DNA of 36,790 nt from Octopus bimaculoides (Eukaryota): the NCBI RefSeq assembly GCF_001194135.2, contig NC_069004.1, positions 29,264,206 to 29,300,995 of the forward strand, in the 5' to 3' direction. Both the position numbers and the translations under genes were made by a program. The notes beneath the pieces were generated by a model. That model was not told the origin of the DNA. It saw nothing but the letters and a program-made list of their open reading frames with translations, and did no database searches. Shown here one piece after another: positions 34,579-36,790 of this stretch. How positions within the stretch are numbered: the stretch's first letter is position 1; each line of letters opens with the position of its first letter.

Positions 34579-34745
34579 GGGAGAATATACAAATAATAAC
34601 AACAGACGAGGACAGGTGGTGTAAATAACAAAAGTATATATTAGTATGACGCTCGGGAATACGGAAAGTCTTTGACGTTTCGAGCTACGCTCTTCAACAG
34701 AAAGAATACGGAGACAAGGAGAAAAACACGGAGAAAAAGAATTGA
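34579..34745 (-). mobile_element. Second copy of the hammerhead-bearing retroposon; motif at 34669-34705
   Basis: Minus strand TCTTT-CTGTTGA-A-GAGC-GTA-GCTC-GAA-ACGT-C-AAAGA. Confidence 0.72.
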
Positions 34746-34870
34746 ATAGTGTTCAGTCAACGGTCAATCATAATAATGGCCGATCATAACAATGACTGAC
34801 CGGAAGTTCGAAATTCTTATTTCAGGAGATATACATACACATACATACATATAACGGGATTGTGTAAATT

Positions 34871-35040
34871 GGCGCAGACGCGAGAGCTTACTAAGAGGTT
34901 TTATTTTCAATTACTTGGTTCAGGTTTCAGTCCCACTGCATCGTACCTTGGGCAATATATCCTGTTCTATAACCTTAGTCCGATGATATCCTTGTCAGTG
35001 GATTTCATGAACGGAAAGTGAAGGAAACCCGTCGTATATG
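34871..35040 (+). mobile_element. SINE family B, 5' half followed by microsatellite
   Basis: ggcgcag...ggttcaggtttcagtcccactgcatcgtaccttgggcaa...ccttgtcagtggattt...aacggaaagtgaaggaaacccgtcgtatat. Confidence 0.85.
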
Positions 35041-35054
35041 TGTATATATTTGTG

Positions 35055-35104
<50 letters not shown>

Positions 35105-35630
35105 NNNNNNNNNNNNNNNNNNNNNNNNNNNNNNNNNNNNNNNNNNNNNNNNNNNNNNNNNNNNNNNNNNNNNNNNNNNNNNNNNNNNNNNNNNNNNNNN
35201 NNNNNNNNNNNNNNNNNNNNNNNNNNNNNNNNNNNNNNNNNNNNNNNNNNNNNNNNNNNNNNNNNNNNNNNNNNNNNNNNNNNNNNNNNNNNNNNNNNNN
35301 NNNNNNNNNNNNNNNNNNNNNNNNNNNNNNNNNNNNNNNNNNNNNNNNNNNNNNNNNNNNNNNNNNNNNNNNNNNNNNNNNNNNNNNNNNNNNNNNNNNN
35401 NNNNNNNNNNNNNNNNNNNNNNNNNNNNNNNNNNNNNNNNNNNNNNNNNNNNNNNNNNNNNNNNNNNNNNNNNNNNNNNNNNNNNNNNNNNNNNNNNNNN
35501 NNNNNNNNNNNNNNNNNNNNNNNNNNNNNNNNNNNNNNNNNNNNNNNNNNNNNNNNNNNNNNNNNNNNNNNNNNNNNNNNNNNNNNNNNNNNNNNNNNNN
35601 NNNNNNNNNNNNNNNNNNNNNNNNNNNNNN

Positions 35631-36089
35631 GGCAGAATACTTAGCAGCCCGGGCGAAATACTTCTCGGTATTTCGTCTATCTTTACGTTCTGAGTTCAAA
35701 TTCCGCCGAGGTCGACTTTTACCTTTCATCCTTTCGAGTCGATTAAATAAGTACCAGTTACGCACTGGTGGTCGATGTAATCGACTTAATCCCTTTGTCT
35801 GTCCTTGTTTGTCCCCTCTATGTTTAGACCCCTGTGGGCAATACAGAAATAATTATTATTACTACTGTGTATAAGGCGGCGAGCTGGCAGAATCGTTAGC
35901 ACGCCGGGCGAAATGCTTAGCGGTATTTACACTATCGTTATGTTCTGAGTTCAAATTCCGCCGAGGTTGACTTTGCCTTTATTCCTTTCGGGGTCGATAA
36001 AACAAGAACTAGATGTAGAATTGGGTCGATGTAATCGACTTGACCCAAAATTGCTGCCCTTGTGGCAAATTTTGAAACCGTTATTACTT
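35631..36089 (+). mobile_element. Two tandem SINE family A copies (35631-35855 and 35872-36089) with different 3' ends
   Basis: Both carry gttctgagttcaaattccgccgagg and gtcgatgtaatcgactt. The first ends in the 7285-type tail, the second in cccaaaattgctgcccttgtggcaaattttgaaacc. Confidence 0.93.
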
Positions 36090-36159
36090 ATCGATCATAT
36101 GTTTATTTTCTTTCGTCAATCTTAAAGTTTTCTAAAGGTACAATAGACTCCAAAATTCA

Positions 36160-36305
36160 CAATAACACTCACGAGGCATTGGACGGATCGTGGCCTATCA
36201 CAGAAATCACCCAAGCTGCAAGGTAGTGGGACTGAAAGAGAATAATCCGATCCGAAACTGCATGGTTGGCAAGCGAGTTTCTTAATCAAACAGCGAAACC
36301 AGCGC
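36160..36305 (-). mobile_element. SINE family B, 5' half, degenerate
   Basis: cactcacgaggcattgg...cacccaagctgcaaggtagtgggactgaa...gcatggttggcaagcgag...cagcgaaaccagcgc. Confidence 0.7.
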
Positions 36306-36731
36306 TTCCTACATTTCTATTATTTTCTACCTAATTATATTTTAAACTTCGCTATTATGTAGCATTATAACGTTTCCCTGTATTACAAGTCTCTTTGCAA
36401 TCAAAATAATGATTTAAGCCAAAATGAAAAAAAAAAAACAAGAAAGACAGACAAGAAATAAATGTAAAAGCTTCAAATAACGGTTGAATTTATGATCAAC
36501 CTCGTTGCATAAGAGTTAAAAAGCGTGGATTAATGCATATTTAGAAGACATTAAAATTAATTGATATAACGTTACTACATTTTAAAATTAGCTTCTATTC
36601 ACCAATATCACCTGCTAACGTGATGAAGCAATAAATCTTAACCAAACTACGGTCATTTCTAGTACCAGAATATATATTTGTGTGCGTGTGAGTGTGTGTG
36701 TGTGTGTGTGTATACATATGCATATATATAA

Positions 36732-36762
<31 letters not shown>

Positions 36763-36790
36763 CATAAATATATATATATATATATATATA

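Overview
Eukaryotic, AT-rich, repeat-saturated non-coding DNA. About 7.2 kb (~20%) is N in 17 gaps, most of them bordered by microsatellites. The repeat content (tRNA-derived SINE families, dense (TA)n/(CA)n/(TATC)n/(AAT)n tracts, RTE- and R4/Dong-type LINE ends, Tc1/mariner fossils) looks like a coleoid cephalopod, probably Octopus; this is an inference from pattern recognition, not a database result. No intact host protein-coding gene, rRNA, tRNA or CRISPR array is supported, and almost all ORFs in the supplied track are artefacts of gaps and microsatellites. The real protein-coding signal is all decayed transposon: four IS630/Tc1/mariner fragments, two RTE-like LINE 3' ends with C2H2 fingers (one missed by the ORF track) and one R4/Dong endonuclease tail. 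The most interesting signal is RNA-structural. Several hammerhead-ribozyme-like motifs with non-canonical cores are present: a near-complete type I hammerhead at 5194-5257 (A9G), a two-copy retroposon family with a minimal hammerhead carrying CUGUUGA (A6U), and two decayed motifs. Also notable are a 53-bp-arm hairpin (25939-26053), a ~30-bp-periodic heat-shock-element array (11819-11945) and a candidate promoter/first exon (6300-6490).
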